Positions 44,825 through 53,015 of a DNA stretch of 64,000 bases are shown one piece after another (the first letter of the stretch is position 1; every line of letters starts with the position of its first letter). This DNA comes from Rhodopseudomonas sp. (GTDB lineage Bacteria; Pseudomonadota; Alphaproteobacteria; Rhizobiales; Xanthobacteraceae). The stretch spans positions 4,008 through 68,007 of the forward strand of contig WGNB01000052.1 of NCBI GenBank assembly GCA_016124795.1, in the 5' to 3' direction. A program made the position numbers and the translations under genes. The notes beneath the pieces are model-generated. The model had not been told where the DNA came from. It searched no databases and worked only from the letters and a program-made list of their open reading frames with translations.

Positions 44825-44857
44825 GGAAAACCGCGCCGGAACGGTTCCGGCGCGGTT
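44825..44857 (-). terminator. Rho-independent terminator after the Lys-rich secreted protein gene
   Basis: The minus strand reads AACCGCGCCGG-aaccgtt-CCGGCGCGGTT followed by TTCC, about 20 nt after the stop at 44878. Confidence 0.5.
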
Positions 44858-44877
44858 CGGCAAACCGGAATGCGGCG

Positions 44878-45279
44878 TTACTTCTTGGTCGCCGGCACGT
44901 CGGCATTGCCGCTCTGGTTCGGCGTCGGCTTCTTCAGGTTGCTGCCGGTCGTCTCCTTCGGCATCGCCTTCTTCTTCGCGGTCTTGGTCGACTCGCTGCC
45001 GCTCATCTTGTCGCCGGTGCCTTTCTCGGCGCCCGCGTTCACGCTGTTAGCTGGCGGCGTGCCCTTGGCCTTCTCGTTGGCCATCTTCTTGGTGGTCTTC
45101 TTGTGCATCGCCGCGGCGCCCTTGGTCTCGTTGCCGCTCTTGGTGTTGGCGGTGCCGGACTGGGTGCCGGCGTTCAGGCTGCTCGGCGCCGGCGTGGTGC
45201 TCGGCGCGGTCTGCGCGTTGGCCAGCGACAGGCCGGCGATCAGCGCGGCAGCGGCGGTCATGGTGGTGAGTGTCTTCAT
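44878..45279 (-). CDS. Secreted Lys/Thr/Ala-rich low-complexity protein
   Basis: Start ATG 45279 with a GGAGG RBS. Signal MKTLTTMTAAAALIAGLSLANA. The mature part is a disordered Lys-rich sequence. Confidence 0.5.
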   Translation of the reverse strand: MKTLTTMTAAAALIAGLSLANAQTAPSTTPAPSSLNAGTQSGTANTKSGNETKGAAAMHKKTTKKMANEKAKGTPPANSVNAGAEKGTGDKMSGSESTKTAKKKAMPKETTGSNLKKPTPNQSGNADVPATKK

Positions 45280-45490
45280 GGTCGGTAGCCTCCTTGGCTT
45301 TATTGTTCGACTGCGTCGTTTCGTTATGAAACTTTGATGCGTCGTCGTGCGCACGTCGGGACAACAGGCGGGAGCCGGTGTAGTTCCGGGAACTGCGCAT
45401 TTCGTCATCGCCGCGCATGGTCACGCATCATGAATCGGACACGCATCATGAATCGTCGGCGCGCGATGGTCGCGGTCGAGTGTTCCGCGC

Positions 45491-45853
45491 TTATTGTCGT
45501 TGCGGATGTTCCGGCACCGGTGACGGCGCGTCGTTCGGAGTGACGTCAGGCTTGACGGTTCCGCCATGCCCCGGTGTCAGTCGATCCGGCGTTGGCGTCT
45601 GGCTGTCAAAGCCATCGGTCGACGGCTTGGGCGTCGCGGCGTTGAGCGGCGGCGCGATCTTGGCGGGCGGCGCGTTGCGCTGCGCCGCCGGTGCGGGTTC
45701 GGGCGCGACTGCGGTGTCGCGGCTCGGCGCCGGATCGGCCTGGGCGATGGCAAAGCTATTGCCAGGCGCAAGGCCAAACGCGGCGAGATAGATCGCCGCG
45801 ACGATCGGCGTCAGCCGCTGTAACGACGCTGTGCAGACCAAAGGCAAGGCCAT
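45491..45853 (-). CDS. Secreted Pro/Ala-rich hypothetical protein
   Basis: Signal-like LTPIVAAIYLAAFGLAPGNSFAIAQA. GAGGAG RBS. An exact EcfG-type promoter lies upstream. Confidence 0.5.
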   Translation of the reverse strand: MALPLVCTASLQRLTPIVAAIYLAAFGLAPGNSFAIAQADPAPSRDTAVAPEPAPAAQRNAPPAKIAPPLNAATPKPSTDGFDSQTPTPDRLTPGHGGTVKPDVTPNDAPSPVPEHPQRQ

Positions 45854-45891
45854 GGCGGACTCCTCTGTCTGGATTGATGGATCTCGTTGTC

Positions 45892-45917
45892 AACGTCGGG
45901 CGGGCCGCACCGGTTCC
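45892..45917 (-). promoter_or_regulatory. sigma-EcfG promoter motif upstream of the Pro-rich secreted protein gene
   Basis: The minus strand reads GGAAC-cggtgcggcccgcccga-CGTT, an exact GGAAC-N17-CGTT, ending 38 nt upstream of ATG 45853. Confidence 0.65.
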
Positions 45918-46014
45918 GCGGCATTGCTTTGCCGGTTCCGCCGGGGCACCTTGACGCAGGCTGGCGACGCCGCGATTCAGGGCGGTCAGTTGCGTGAGAC
46001 CAAGGGAGGCGGGT

Positions 46015-47622
46015 TTGGCGATTTTGTCGTCGTCGATTGAACCGGGTTCGGCGGAGTTCGCCGGCAATGCCGGGCGGATGGCCGCGCTGGTCGCGGACCT
46101 GCGGCAACGCCGCGCCGAAGCCGCGGCCGGCGGATCGGCCAAGGCGCGCGAACGTCATGTCGCGCGCGGCAAATTGCTGCCCCGCGACCGGGTGATGAAC
46201 CTGATCGATCCCGGCTCGCCGTTTCTCGAACTGTCGCCGCTCGCCGCCAACGCGATGTATGACGACGCCATTCATGGCGCCGGGCTGATCACCGGCATCG
46301 GCCGGGTCGAGGGCCGCGAATGCATGATCGTCTGCAACGACTCGACGATCAAGGGCGGCACTTATTATCCGATGACGGTGAAGAAGCATCTGCGCGCGCA
46401 GGAAATCGCGCGCGAAAACCGGCTGCCCTGCATCTACCTCGTCGACTCGGGCGGGGCCAACCTGCCGCACCAGACCGAAGTCTTCCCCGATCGCGAGCAT
46501 TTCGGCCGCATCTTCTATAATCAGGCGACGCTGTCGTCCTTGCGCATTCCGCAGATCGCCGTGGTGATGGGTTCGTGCACCGCCGGCGGCGCTTACGTGC
46601 CGGCGATGTCGGACGAGACCATCATCGTCAAGAACCAGGGCACGATCTTTCTCGGCGGTCCGCCGCTGGTCAAGGCGGCGACCGGCGAGGTGGTCAGCGC
46701 CGAGGACCTCGGCGGCGGCGATCTACATGCGCGGCAATCCGGCGTCGTCGATCATCTGGCGCAGGACGATCATCACGCGCTGTCGCTGGCGCGGCGCATC
46801 GTCGGCACGCTCAACAGCGTCAAGCAAGCCGATGTCGCCCTGAGCGCGGCGCGCGAGCCACTGTTCGATGTCGGCGAACTCGACGGCATCGTGCCGACCG
46901 ATCTGAAGAAGCAATACGACATTCGTGAGGTGATCGCGCGGCTGGTCGACGGTTCGGAGTTCGACGAGTTCAAGGCGCTCTACGGCACGACGCTGGTCAC
47001 CGGCTTTGCCCGCCTGCATGGGATGCCGGTCGGCATCATCGGCAATAACGGCATCCTGTTTTCGCAGAGCGCGCTTAAAGGAGCGCATTTCATCGAACTG
47101 TGCTGTCAGCGCCGTATTCCGCTCTTGTTCCTGCAGAACATCGTCGGCTTCATGGTCGGCCGCGATTATGAGGCCGGCGGCATCGCCAAGGACGGCGCCA
47201 AGCTGGTGACGGCGGTGGCCTGCGCGCAGGTGCCGAAGGTCACCGTCATCGTCGGCGGCTCTTATGGCGCCGGCAATTACGGCATGTGCGGGCGGGCGTA
47301 TTCGCCGCGCTTCCTGTTCACCTGGCCGAACGCGCGCATCTCGGTGATGGGTGGCGAGCAGGCGGCGTCGGTGCTGGCGACGGTGAAGCGCGACAATATC
47401 GAGGCGTCGGGCGCCAAGTGGTCCGAGATCGAGGAGGAGGAGTTCAAGGCCCCGATCCGCGATCAATACGAGGAAGAGGGCCATCCTTATTACGCCACCG
47501 CGCGGCTGTGGGACGACGGCATCATCGCGCCGAGCGAGACGCGCCGCGTGCTGGCGCTGGCGTTTTCCGCCGCGCTCAACGCGCCGGTGCCGGAGACGAG
47601 GTTTGGGGTTTTTAGGATGTGA
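46015..47622 (+). CDS. mccB: Methylcrotonoyl-CoA carboxylase beta (carboxyltransferase) subunit
   Basis: Carboxyltransferase throughout ([31 protein letters not shown]; [15 protein letters not shown]). The likely start is TTG 46015, just after AGGGAGG. The ORF track starts at GTG 45994. Confidence 0.9.
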   Translation: MAILSSSIEPGSAEFAGNAGRMAALVADLRQRRAEAAAGGSAKARERHVARGKLLPRDRVMNLIDPGSPFLELSPLAANAMYDDAIHGAGLITGIGRVEGRECMIVCNDSTIKGGTYYPMTVKKHLRAQEIARENRLPCIYLVDSGGANLPHQTEVFPDREHFGRIFYNQATLSSLRIPQIAVVMGSCTAGGAYVPAMSDETIIVKNQGTIFLGGPPLVKAATGEVVSAEDLGGGDLHARQSGVVDHLAQDDHHALSLARRIVGTLNSVKQADVALSAAREPLFDVGELDGIVPTDLKKQYDIREVIARLVDGSEFDEFKALYGTTLVTGFARLHGMPVGIIGNNGILFSQSALKGAHFIELCCQRRIPLLFLQNIVGFMVGRDYEAGGIAKDGAKLVTAVACAQVPKVTVIVGGSYGAGNYGMCGRAYSPRFLFTWPNARISVMGGEQAASVLATVKRDNIEASGAKWSEIEEEEFKAPIRDQYEEEGHPYYATARLWDDGIIAPSETRRVLALAFSAALNAPVPETRFGVFRM

Positions 47623-47652
47623 GGGGGGCTGGTATTTTCCGGTCGTATTGGT

Positions 47653-48528
47653 TTGGCGTATGCATTCCCACCTATAGGCGCTGAGAAGCAAAGATATGCA
47701 GCAGTGAACCGCTGCATCTATTGTGGTTCCGACGGTGGCGCTGAAGGGCTGCGGGACGAACATATAGTGCCTTTCTCGCTAGGTGCAAATGCAGTTCTTC
47801 CTAAAGCTAGCTGCAGACGTTGCGAAGCAGTGACGAGCTACTTGGATGGTTATCTCGCTAGAAGTGTGTATTACGATCTGCGGCTCCACATGGGTGTTCA
47901 GTCGAGGCGTAGAGAAAAGCCAAAAACGCGACCGGCGACGATTTCTGTCGGTGAAAAAGATCGAACGCAAGAATTTGAATTGGCAGATCATCCTCACTTC
48001 ATTCATCTGCCGATATGGAGCCGTGCTGGAATCATGCTCGGCGATCTCTCGACTAATGAGTTTAATGAGCAGGCGTTGTTATCCTTTTTCAATGTCCCCG
48101 ACGGATTCTTCGAAAAATATGGGCTGTCAAAGGACGGCGAAATTAAATCGCAGCCCAAAATTAACTTAAATACGTTTGCAAGAGCGATTGCTAAAATTGG
48201 TTATGCAGCCGCGATCGCACATCTTGGCGGCCTTGTTTTCCGTCCGTTGGTAATGCCTGCGATCATACTTGGTCGTTATCCAAACGTCCCGTATTTTGTC
48301 GGCACAGATTTCTCCAATCATATTGTGGCTCCGGAAGTTGCGCACGTCAGGCACAAAATTGAATACGGTATTTGGGAATATGGACGGCTTGCGCTGATAA
48401 GAATGACAATTCGTCTTTTCTCGGACTGCGGAACGGTCGACGGTGTAGGCATGCCAACTTATGAGGTTTTGGTAGGGGCCTTAAAGGGTGCAGAGGGTCG
48501 GGAGAAATTAGTGCCGCCACGGATATGA
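47653..48528 (+). CDS. HNH-like (CxxC...EH...CxxC) nuclease-domain protein with uncharacterised C-terminal domain, on a low-GC insertion
   Basis: The N-terminus reads CIYCGSDGGAEGLRDEHIVPFSLGANAVLPKASCRRCE, a zinc-ribbon HNH/beta-beta-alpha-Me pattern. About 220 aa of unassigned sequence follow. Hand counts give 28/60 and 25/60 G+C on lines 47821 and 48121, against 43/60 on flanking line 47521. Confidence 0.6.
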   Translation: MAYAFPPIGAEKQRYAAVNRCIYCGSDGGAEGLRDEHIVPFSLGANAVLPKASCRRCEAVTSYLDGYLARSVYYDLRLHMGVQSRRREKPKTRPATISVGEKDRTQEFELADHPHFIHLPIWSRAGIMLGDLSTNEFNEQALLSFFNVPDGFFEKYGLSKDGEIKSQPKINLNTFARAIAKIGYAAAIAHLGGLVFRPLVMPAIILGRYPNVPYFVGTDFSNHIVAPEVAHVRHKIEYGIWEYGRLALIRMTIRLFSDCGTVDGVGMPTYEVLVGALKGAEGREKLVPPRI

Positions 48529-48592
48529 TCTATCTCCAATTGATCCAATTCTCAGTTCATGCCCTCCACTACAAAAATCACCTAGTCACACC

Positions 48593-48775
48593 TGGGAAGA
48601 CTACATCGTCTATCTCGAAGATTGTGTGGACGACAGCCTGCAGGTCGAAGGCTGCTGGACGCCGGAGGAGGCGAACGCCAAGGCGCGCGACGAACTCAAC
48701 GCCTATGCCAAGAGCGACGACGACAAGGACCAGTTCGAGATCATGGCCGTCGTTCGGTCGGACGCGGCGATTTAA
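48593..48775 (+). pseudogene. Possible 5'-truncated ORF remnant (or very small GTG-started gene)
   Basis: High-GC3 frame encoding WEDYIVYLEDCVDDSLQVEGCWTPEEANAKARDELNAYAKSDDDKDQFEIMAVVRSDAAI*. There is no in-frame ATG back to the stop at 48509. The first GTG is at 48626. It begins exactly where the low-GC insertion ends. Confidence 0.25.
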
Positions 48776-48789
48776 GCTCTTGCGGCAAG

Positions 48790-48888
48790 CGTAGGGTGGG
48801 TTAAGGCGCGAAGCGCCGAGCCCACCAAATACATCGCAACATGTGCTGGCGGCGGTTTGGTGGGCTAGCTGCGCTTAGCCCACCGTAC
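48790..48888. repeat. Inverted pair of REP-type palindromic elements (GGTGGG...CCCACC family)
   Basis: GTAGGGTGGGttaaggcgcgaagcgccgagCCCACCAAA and TTTGGTGGGCTAgctgcgcTTAGCCCACCGTAC. Each is a hairpin, and together they form a larger inverted pair. Confidence 0.7.
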
Positions 48889-49108
48889 GACGTCGATCTT
48901 CCGCTTCGCGGTCCTTCGTGATGCCGTATGTTTCTGTGATTGTGACACCGCCACTGTCACAAACCCTCAACCCTTTCCTTACACTGTCACACTATGACAG
49001 CCGCAACCGGCTGGCGTAACGGCCGCAATTAACAATCCCCAAAGCGGTCGCTGCCATCATCCTCGCCGAACCGGGGCAAACCGGTCGTTGGCTAATGAGG
49101 AGGATGTC

Positions 49109-49240
49109 ATGCTTCACGCCGAACATGAAGCGGCCGAGGTCCTGCGCCGTCAGCGCCTGAAAGCCTATGCGTTGCGCCGCCACGGCGTTCATCATTTCGG
49201 CTGGCTGCTGGGGCTGATCGGTCTGGCGCAATTCCATTAA
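49109..49240 (+). CDS. Small hypothetical membrane protein (43 aa)
   Basis: A strong RBS (GAGGAGGA) lies 5 nt before the ATG. Encodes MLHAEHEAAEVLRRQRLKAYALRRHGVHHFGWLLGLIGLAQFH with a C-terminal hydrophobic helix. Not in the 60-aa ORF track. Confidence 0.45.
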   Translation: MLHAEHEAAEVLRRQRLKAYALRRHGVHHFGWLLGLIGLAQFH

Positions 49241-49446
49241 GTCGTGCGGCCGGCTTGGCGCGCGGGGCGGCCGACGGACCATCGTCGCGACTGCGTACGG
49301 TAGCGGTCCCGAGGGTGCGCCTTGAAGTCGATCCAGCCGGTGCTTTGCCGGCGCTGGCGCGGCGGCCGTTGCCTCAGCCCCAGAAACGCCCCAATCTCGG
49401 CTGTTATTTGACGGCTCTGGGCCCGGCGGTAGGATTGTCCCGTATT

Positions 49447-49863
49447 ATGAAGATCATGCGGCTTGTTTGGGTCGCGGCCGGTGTGCTCGCCGCCGTGGGG
49501 ACGGCCAGCGCCGCCGACGACGAGGGCGGTGGCGGCAAATCCATCGCCGGAGCGATGATGCGTCTGTCCGGCGACGAGCGGGCGGAGCAAGCCTGCAACG
49601 CCCGCGCGCTCGGCACCGTGGGCCGCGAGCACAAGGATTTCCACCCCGACGAAATGGCGGCTTACGCCTTCGCCGATACCGCGATCGTCAAGGGCAAGGT
49701 GACGGCGCCGGGAGCCGCGTTTCGCAGCAAAGGCGTCTGGTACCGGTTGTCCTATGTCTGTCAGACCGTCGACGACGGCATGGCGGTCCAGTCGTTCAGT
49801 TACAAGCTCGGGGCGCCGGTGCCGCGCGCCGAATGGGACGCGCATAACCTGACGCCGCCCTGA
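49447..49863 (+). CDS. DUF930-family secreted protein
   Basis: Signal MKIMRLVWVAAGVLAAVGTASA. EQACNARALG...GAAFRSKGVWYRLSYVCQ...SFSYKLGAPVPRAEW matches my recollection of DUF930. Confidence 0.7.
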   Translation: MKIMRLVWVAAGVLAAVGTASAADDEGGGGKSIAGAMMRLSGDERAEQACNARALGTVGREHKDFHPDEMAAYAFADTAIVKGKVTAPGAAFRSKGVWYRLSYVCQTVDDGMAVQSFSYKLGAPVPRAEWDAHNLTPP

Positions 49864-49943
49864 TGGCGCGGTCTTGATTGAACGGCCAATGCCGCTAGGC
49901 TCGGCGCCTCTTGTCGCCCCCGCCATGAAAGTGCATTGACCGC

Positions 49944-50636
49944 ATGACTTACACATCCGCATTGATCGTCGGAGCCGGCTCCGGTCTGTCGGCGTCGCTC
50001 GCCGCCCAGTTCGCCAAGGCCGGCATGCGCGTCGGACTGGCGGCGCGCTCACCGGCCAAGCTCGCCGAGTTCGCCGCCGCTGTCGGCGCCGATACCTATC
50101 GCTGCGATGTCGCGATTGCCGCCGAAGTCGAGGCGCTGTTTGCCGAACTCGATGCCGCCGGCCGGACGCCGGACGTGGTGGTCTATAATCCGAGCTACCG
50201 CACGCGCGGTCCCTTTGTCGAACTCGATCCGGTCGAGGTCGAGAAGACGCTGGCGATCACCGCCTTCGGCGCTTTTCTTGTGGCGCAGGCGGCGGTGAAG
50301 CGGATGCTGCCGCGCGGCCACGGCGCGATCCTGTTCACCGGCGCGTCGGCGAGCGTGAAGGGCTATGCCCAGTCGGCGCCGTTCGCGATGGGCAAGTTCG
50401 CGCTGCGCGGTCTGGCGCAGAGCATGGCGCGCGAATTGTCGCCGCAGGGCATTCACGTTGCGCATTTCGTGATCGACGGCGGCATCAAGAGCGCGCGCCG
50501 GCCGGAGCCGGTGGACCGGCCGGATTCGATGCTCGATCCCGACGCGATCGCCACGAGCTATCTTCAGGTGCTGCAACAGCCGCGCAGCGCCTGGTCGCAG
50601 GAGATCGAGCTGCGGCCCTGGGTCGAGAAGTTCTGA
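49944..50636 (+). CDS. SDR-family oxidoreductase
   Basis: N-terminal dinucleotide motif VGAGSGLS. Catalytic region SASVKGYAQSAPFAMGKFALRG. Confidence 0.85.
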   Translation: MTYTSALIVGAGSGLSASLAAQFAKAGMRVGLAARSPAKLAEFAAAVGADTYRCDVAIAAEVEALFAELDAAGRTPDVVVYNPSYRTRGPFVELDPVEVEKTLAITAFGAFLVAQAAVKRMLPRGHGAILFTGASASVKGYAQSAPFAMGKFALRGLAQSMARELSPQGIHVAHFVIDGGIKSARRPEPVDRPDSMLDPDAIATSYLQVLQQPRSAWSQEIELRPWVEKF

Positions 50637-50721
50637 TGGCGCGCCTTCGCGCCTGACGGTTCACAGCCGCGCGAAAGTGTATTATCGACCGCGATCGTTA
50701 TTCGTCTCGCGAGGCCCGTCC

Positions 50722-51267
50722 ATGTCGTTGCGTTCGTTTTCCATTGCCGTCGCGGTTGCCGTTGTGTCGATCTCGGCGGCCTTCGGGCAAATCGTGGCTC
50801 AGCCGCCGGCGGCGTCCGCGCCGCCGGTCTCCGCGCCGCCCGCGCTGGCGCCACCCGCTGCGGCGGCGGCCGGCAAGGCCAAGGTCTATGTGCCGGGCCT
50901 CGAGCAGTTCATGAACGCGATCCTGATGGAGCACAACAAGCTCTGGTTCGCCGGCCGCGCGCGCAACTGGGAACTGGCCGCTTACGAGCTCGGCGAGATG
51001 AAGGAGATCATGGGCGACGTGCAGGACTTCGTGCCGGTGTTCAAGAACCTGCCGCTGGCCGACATGCTCGACGCGGTGATCGTCAAGGAGATCGCCGATC
51101 TGGAAAAGGCGATCGCCGCCAAGGACGGCAAGGCCTTCGTCGCCGGTTACGACCGGCTCAATGCCGCGTGCAATGCCTGTCATCAGGGCACCGAGAACGG
51201 CTTCGTCGTCATCAAGCGGCCGTCGGCGCCGGCCTTCACAAATCAGGATTATCGACCACACCGTTAA
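50722..51267 (+). CDS. Putative periplasmic class II (four-helix-bundle-like) c-type cytochrome
   Basis: Signal peptide, Ala/Pro-rich linker, helical region, and a single CNACH haem-binding motif about 30 aa from the C-terminus. Start set at ATG 50722. Confidence 0.45.
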   Translation: MSLRSFSIAVAVAVVSISAAFGQIVAQPPAASAPPVSAPPALAPPAAAAAGKAKVYVPGLEQFMNAILMEHNKLWFAGRARNWELAAYELGEMKEIMGDVQDFVPVFKNLPLADMLDAVIVKEIADLEKAIAAKDGKAFVAGYDRLNAACNACHQGTENGFVVIKRPSAPAFTNQDYRPHR

Positions 51268-51356
51268 CGGTTTCTTCACCCCTTCTCACAGTGTCTGGCA
51301 CGGCTTTACACGCGATTCACCTTGTTATTTTAGTGTCGCATCGTGGAGTAGTTGCC

Positions 51357-51629
51357 ATGATCTCACTCGTGAACGGGTACATATGCCATAACTATCGCGA
51401 AGTCATGCAGGCGATGCAGGGCCTGAAGCCGCCTGCCAAGCCGGGCGAGTTGCCTTACTCGTCGCAGAACGACAGCCCTCTGGGCAAAGCGGCGATGGCC
51501 AGGAACAAGGCGGCGGACGCGGTCAACGCGCCGGCCAATGACAAAGCGGTAGCGACGGCGACGGCGAGCAATGCCGGGTCGCAAACCAACGGCGATACGA
51601 CGCAGCAGGCGGTCAATCTGCTGGCGTAA
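51357..51629 (+). CDS. Hypothetical small protein (90 aa)
   Basis: GGAG lies 8 nt upstream and GC3 is high. The Ala/Asn/Thr-rich C-terminal half has no recognisable motif. It overlaps the alternative start of the next gene. Confidence 0.35.
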   Translation: MISLVNGYICHNYREVMQAMQGLKPPAKPGELPYSSQNDSPLGKAAMARNKAADAVNAPANDKAVATATASNAGSQTNGDTTQQAVNLLA

Positions 51630-51696
51630 GGTCACGCGGTATCGGATTGCGATCGCGGTCGTGACAGCCCTGTTGCCGGCGTGGTACACGCGCGGC

Positions 51697-52458
51697 ATGA
51701 CAAATCATGACGATTCCAAAGACGACATCCAGACTTTAGACCGGGATCTGGCGCCGACCGGCGCCTTGCGCGGCGGCATCGTGATTGCGCCGGCGGCCTC
51801 GGCGTTTTTCTGCATTCGCGACGACAAGGGCGAGCCGCATGGCGTGGCCGTCGATCTGCTGCGCGGCTTCGCCGAGACGCTCGGTCTGCCGCTGGCGTTG
51901 CAGATCTATGCCAATTCCGGACAGGTGACCGACGCGGTCGCCGCGGGCGATTGCGATGTCGCCTTTATGCCCCGCGACGTGACGCGCGAAGGCAAGGTTG
52001 ATTTCGGTCCGGCTTATTACTTCATCGCCAGCACCTATCTGGTGCCGGCCGGCTCGGCCATTCAGACCATCGACGAGGTCAATCGCGAGGGCGTGCGCAT
52101 TGTCGCGATCTCCAACACCACGACCGCGCGCAGCGCCCGGCGCACCGCGCCGCTGGCCTCGGTGCAGGAAGTCGCCGGCGTCGACCTGATGACGGCGATG
52201 GCGCAGAAGGGCGAGGGCGATGCTTTCGCGCTGTCGCACGACTCCTTCGTCGGCATGTTGCCGGTGGTGCCGGGCGCGCGCGTCCTGCCGGGACAGTTCC
52301 AGCAGACCGGCGTATCGGTCGCCGTGCCGAAGGGCCGGCCCGGCGCGCTCAAGCTGGCAAGCCGTCTGCTCGAAGACGCCAAGGCGTCGGGTCTGGTGCG
52401 GCGCGCGCTCGATGCCGCCGGCTTCAAGGATGCCGCGGTCGCGCCGCTGGAGAACTAA
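51697..52458 (+). CDS. Family-3 solute-binding-protein-like protein
   Basis: SBP_bac_3-like features: GVAVDLLRGFAETLGLPLAL, DVAFMP, YYFIASTYLVPAGS. From ATG 51697 it lacks a signal peptide. The alternative ATG 51571 adds a basic, hydrophobic N-terminus. Confidence 0.65.
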   Translation: MTNHDDSKDDIQTLDRDLAPTGALRGGIVIAPAASAFFCIRDDKGEPHGVAVDLLRGFAETLGLPLALQIYANSGQVTDAVAAGDCDVAFMPRDVTREGKVDFGPAYYFIASTYLVPAGSAIQTIDEVNREGVRIVAISNTTTARSARRTAPLASVQEVAGVDLMTAMAQKGEGDAFALSHDSFVGMLPVVPGARVLPGQFQQTGVSVAVPKGRPGALKLASRLLEDAKASGLVRRALDAAGFKDAAVAPLEN

Positions 52459-53015
52459 TCGATGCGTAGGCTGACGGGCGCTGCCGCCAGCCGGCGGTAG
52501 AGCCTGATGCGGCGGCGGATCGGCAGCCAGTCGTAAAGATGGATTTCGATCGGCCGCCAGTTCGCCACCCAGCCGACGATGATCAGGCTTTCCTCGACGA
52601 CGCCGGCGATTACTTTGTTCGGAATGGTGGCGGCGGCGATCTGGCTGGCGGTCAGACAGGCGATCAGCACCAGCACGCCGATGCCGAGGAAGCGTCGGCC
52701 GACCCGGAACAGTTCGCGCAATTCGTGCTCGCTCACCTCGGCACGGTAAGTGAAATAATGCGCGAAGGCTTCGCCGAGCCGGGCGGCGTCCGGCCGTGCG
52801 GCTTCCTCCGGCGGCAAATGTATGACGATGCCAAAGCCGGCATTGGCCGGCAGTTCGCGCACCCAGGCGGTGAGGAACTCCTCGACGGCGGCGTCGAGAT
52901 CCTTTTCGCGAAACGGCGATGGATCGAACGAACTGAACAGTTGCGCGATGGAATGCGCGCGCACGGCAATGGTCGTGGCCGGCGTGGTCGAAGCTCCGGT
53001 TGAAGTTCCAGTCAT
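52455..53015 (-). CDS. Hypothetical membrane protein (2 C-terminal TM segments)
   Basis: 186-aa ORF with high GC3. Its start overlaps the MFS gene stop by 4 nt, which suggests an operon. Confidence 0.5.
   Translation of the reverse strand: MTGTSTGASTTPATTIAVRAHSIAQLFSSFDPSPFREKDLDAAVEEFLTAWVRELPANAGFGIVIHLPPEEAARPDAARLGEAFAHYFTYRAEVSEHELRELFRVGRRFLGIGVLVLIACLTASQIAAATIPNKVIAGVVEESLIIVGWVANWRPIEIHLYDWLPIRRRIRLYRRLAAAPVSLRID

Noticed and set aside
47623-48592. Search for integrase, transposase, tRNA target or terminal inverted/direct repeats bounding the low-GC insertion.
   Set aside because: Only weak ATTGG/CCAAT similarity was found at the two borders. No mobility gene is present, so the mechanism of acquisition cannot be called from the sequence.
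51294-51310. A sigma-54-like element TGGCACGgcttTACA upstream of the 51357 ORF.
   Set aside because: The -12 element lacks the essential GC (TTACA or TACAC instead of TTGCA) at correct spacing. No enhancer-binding-protein gene is nearby.
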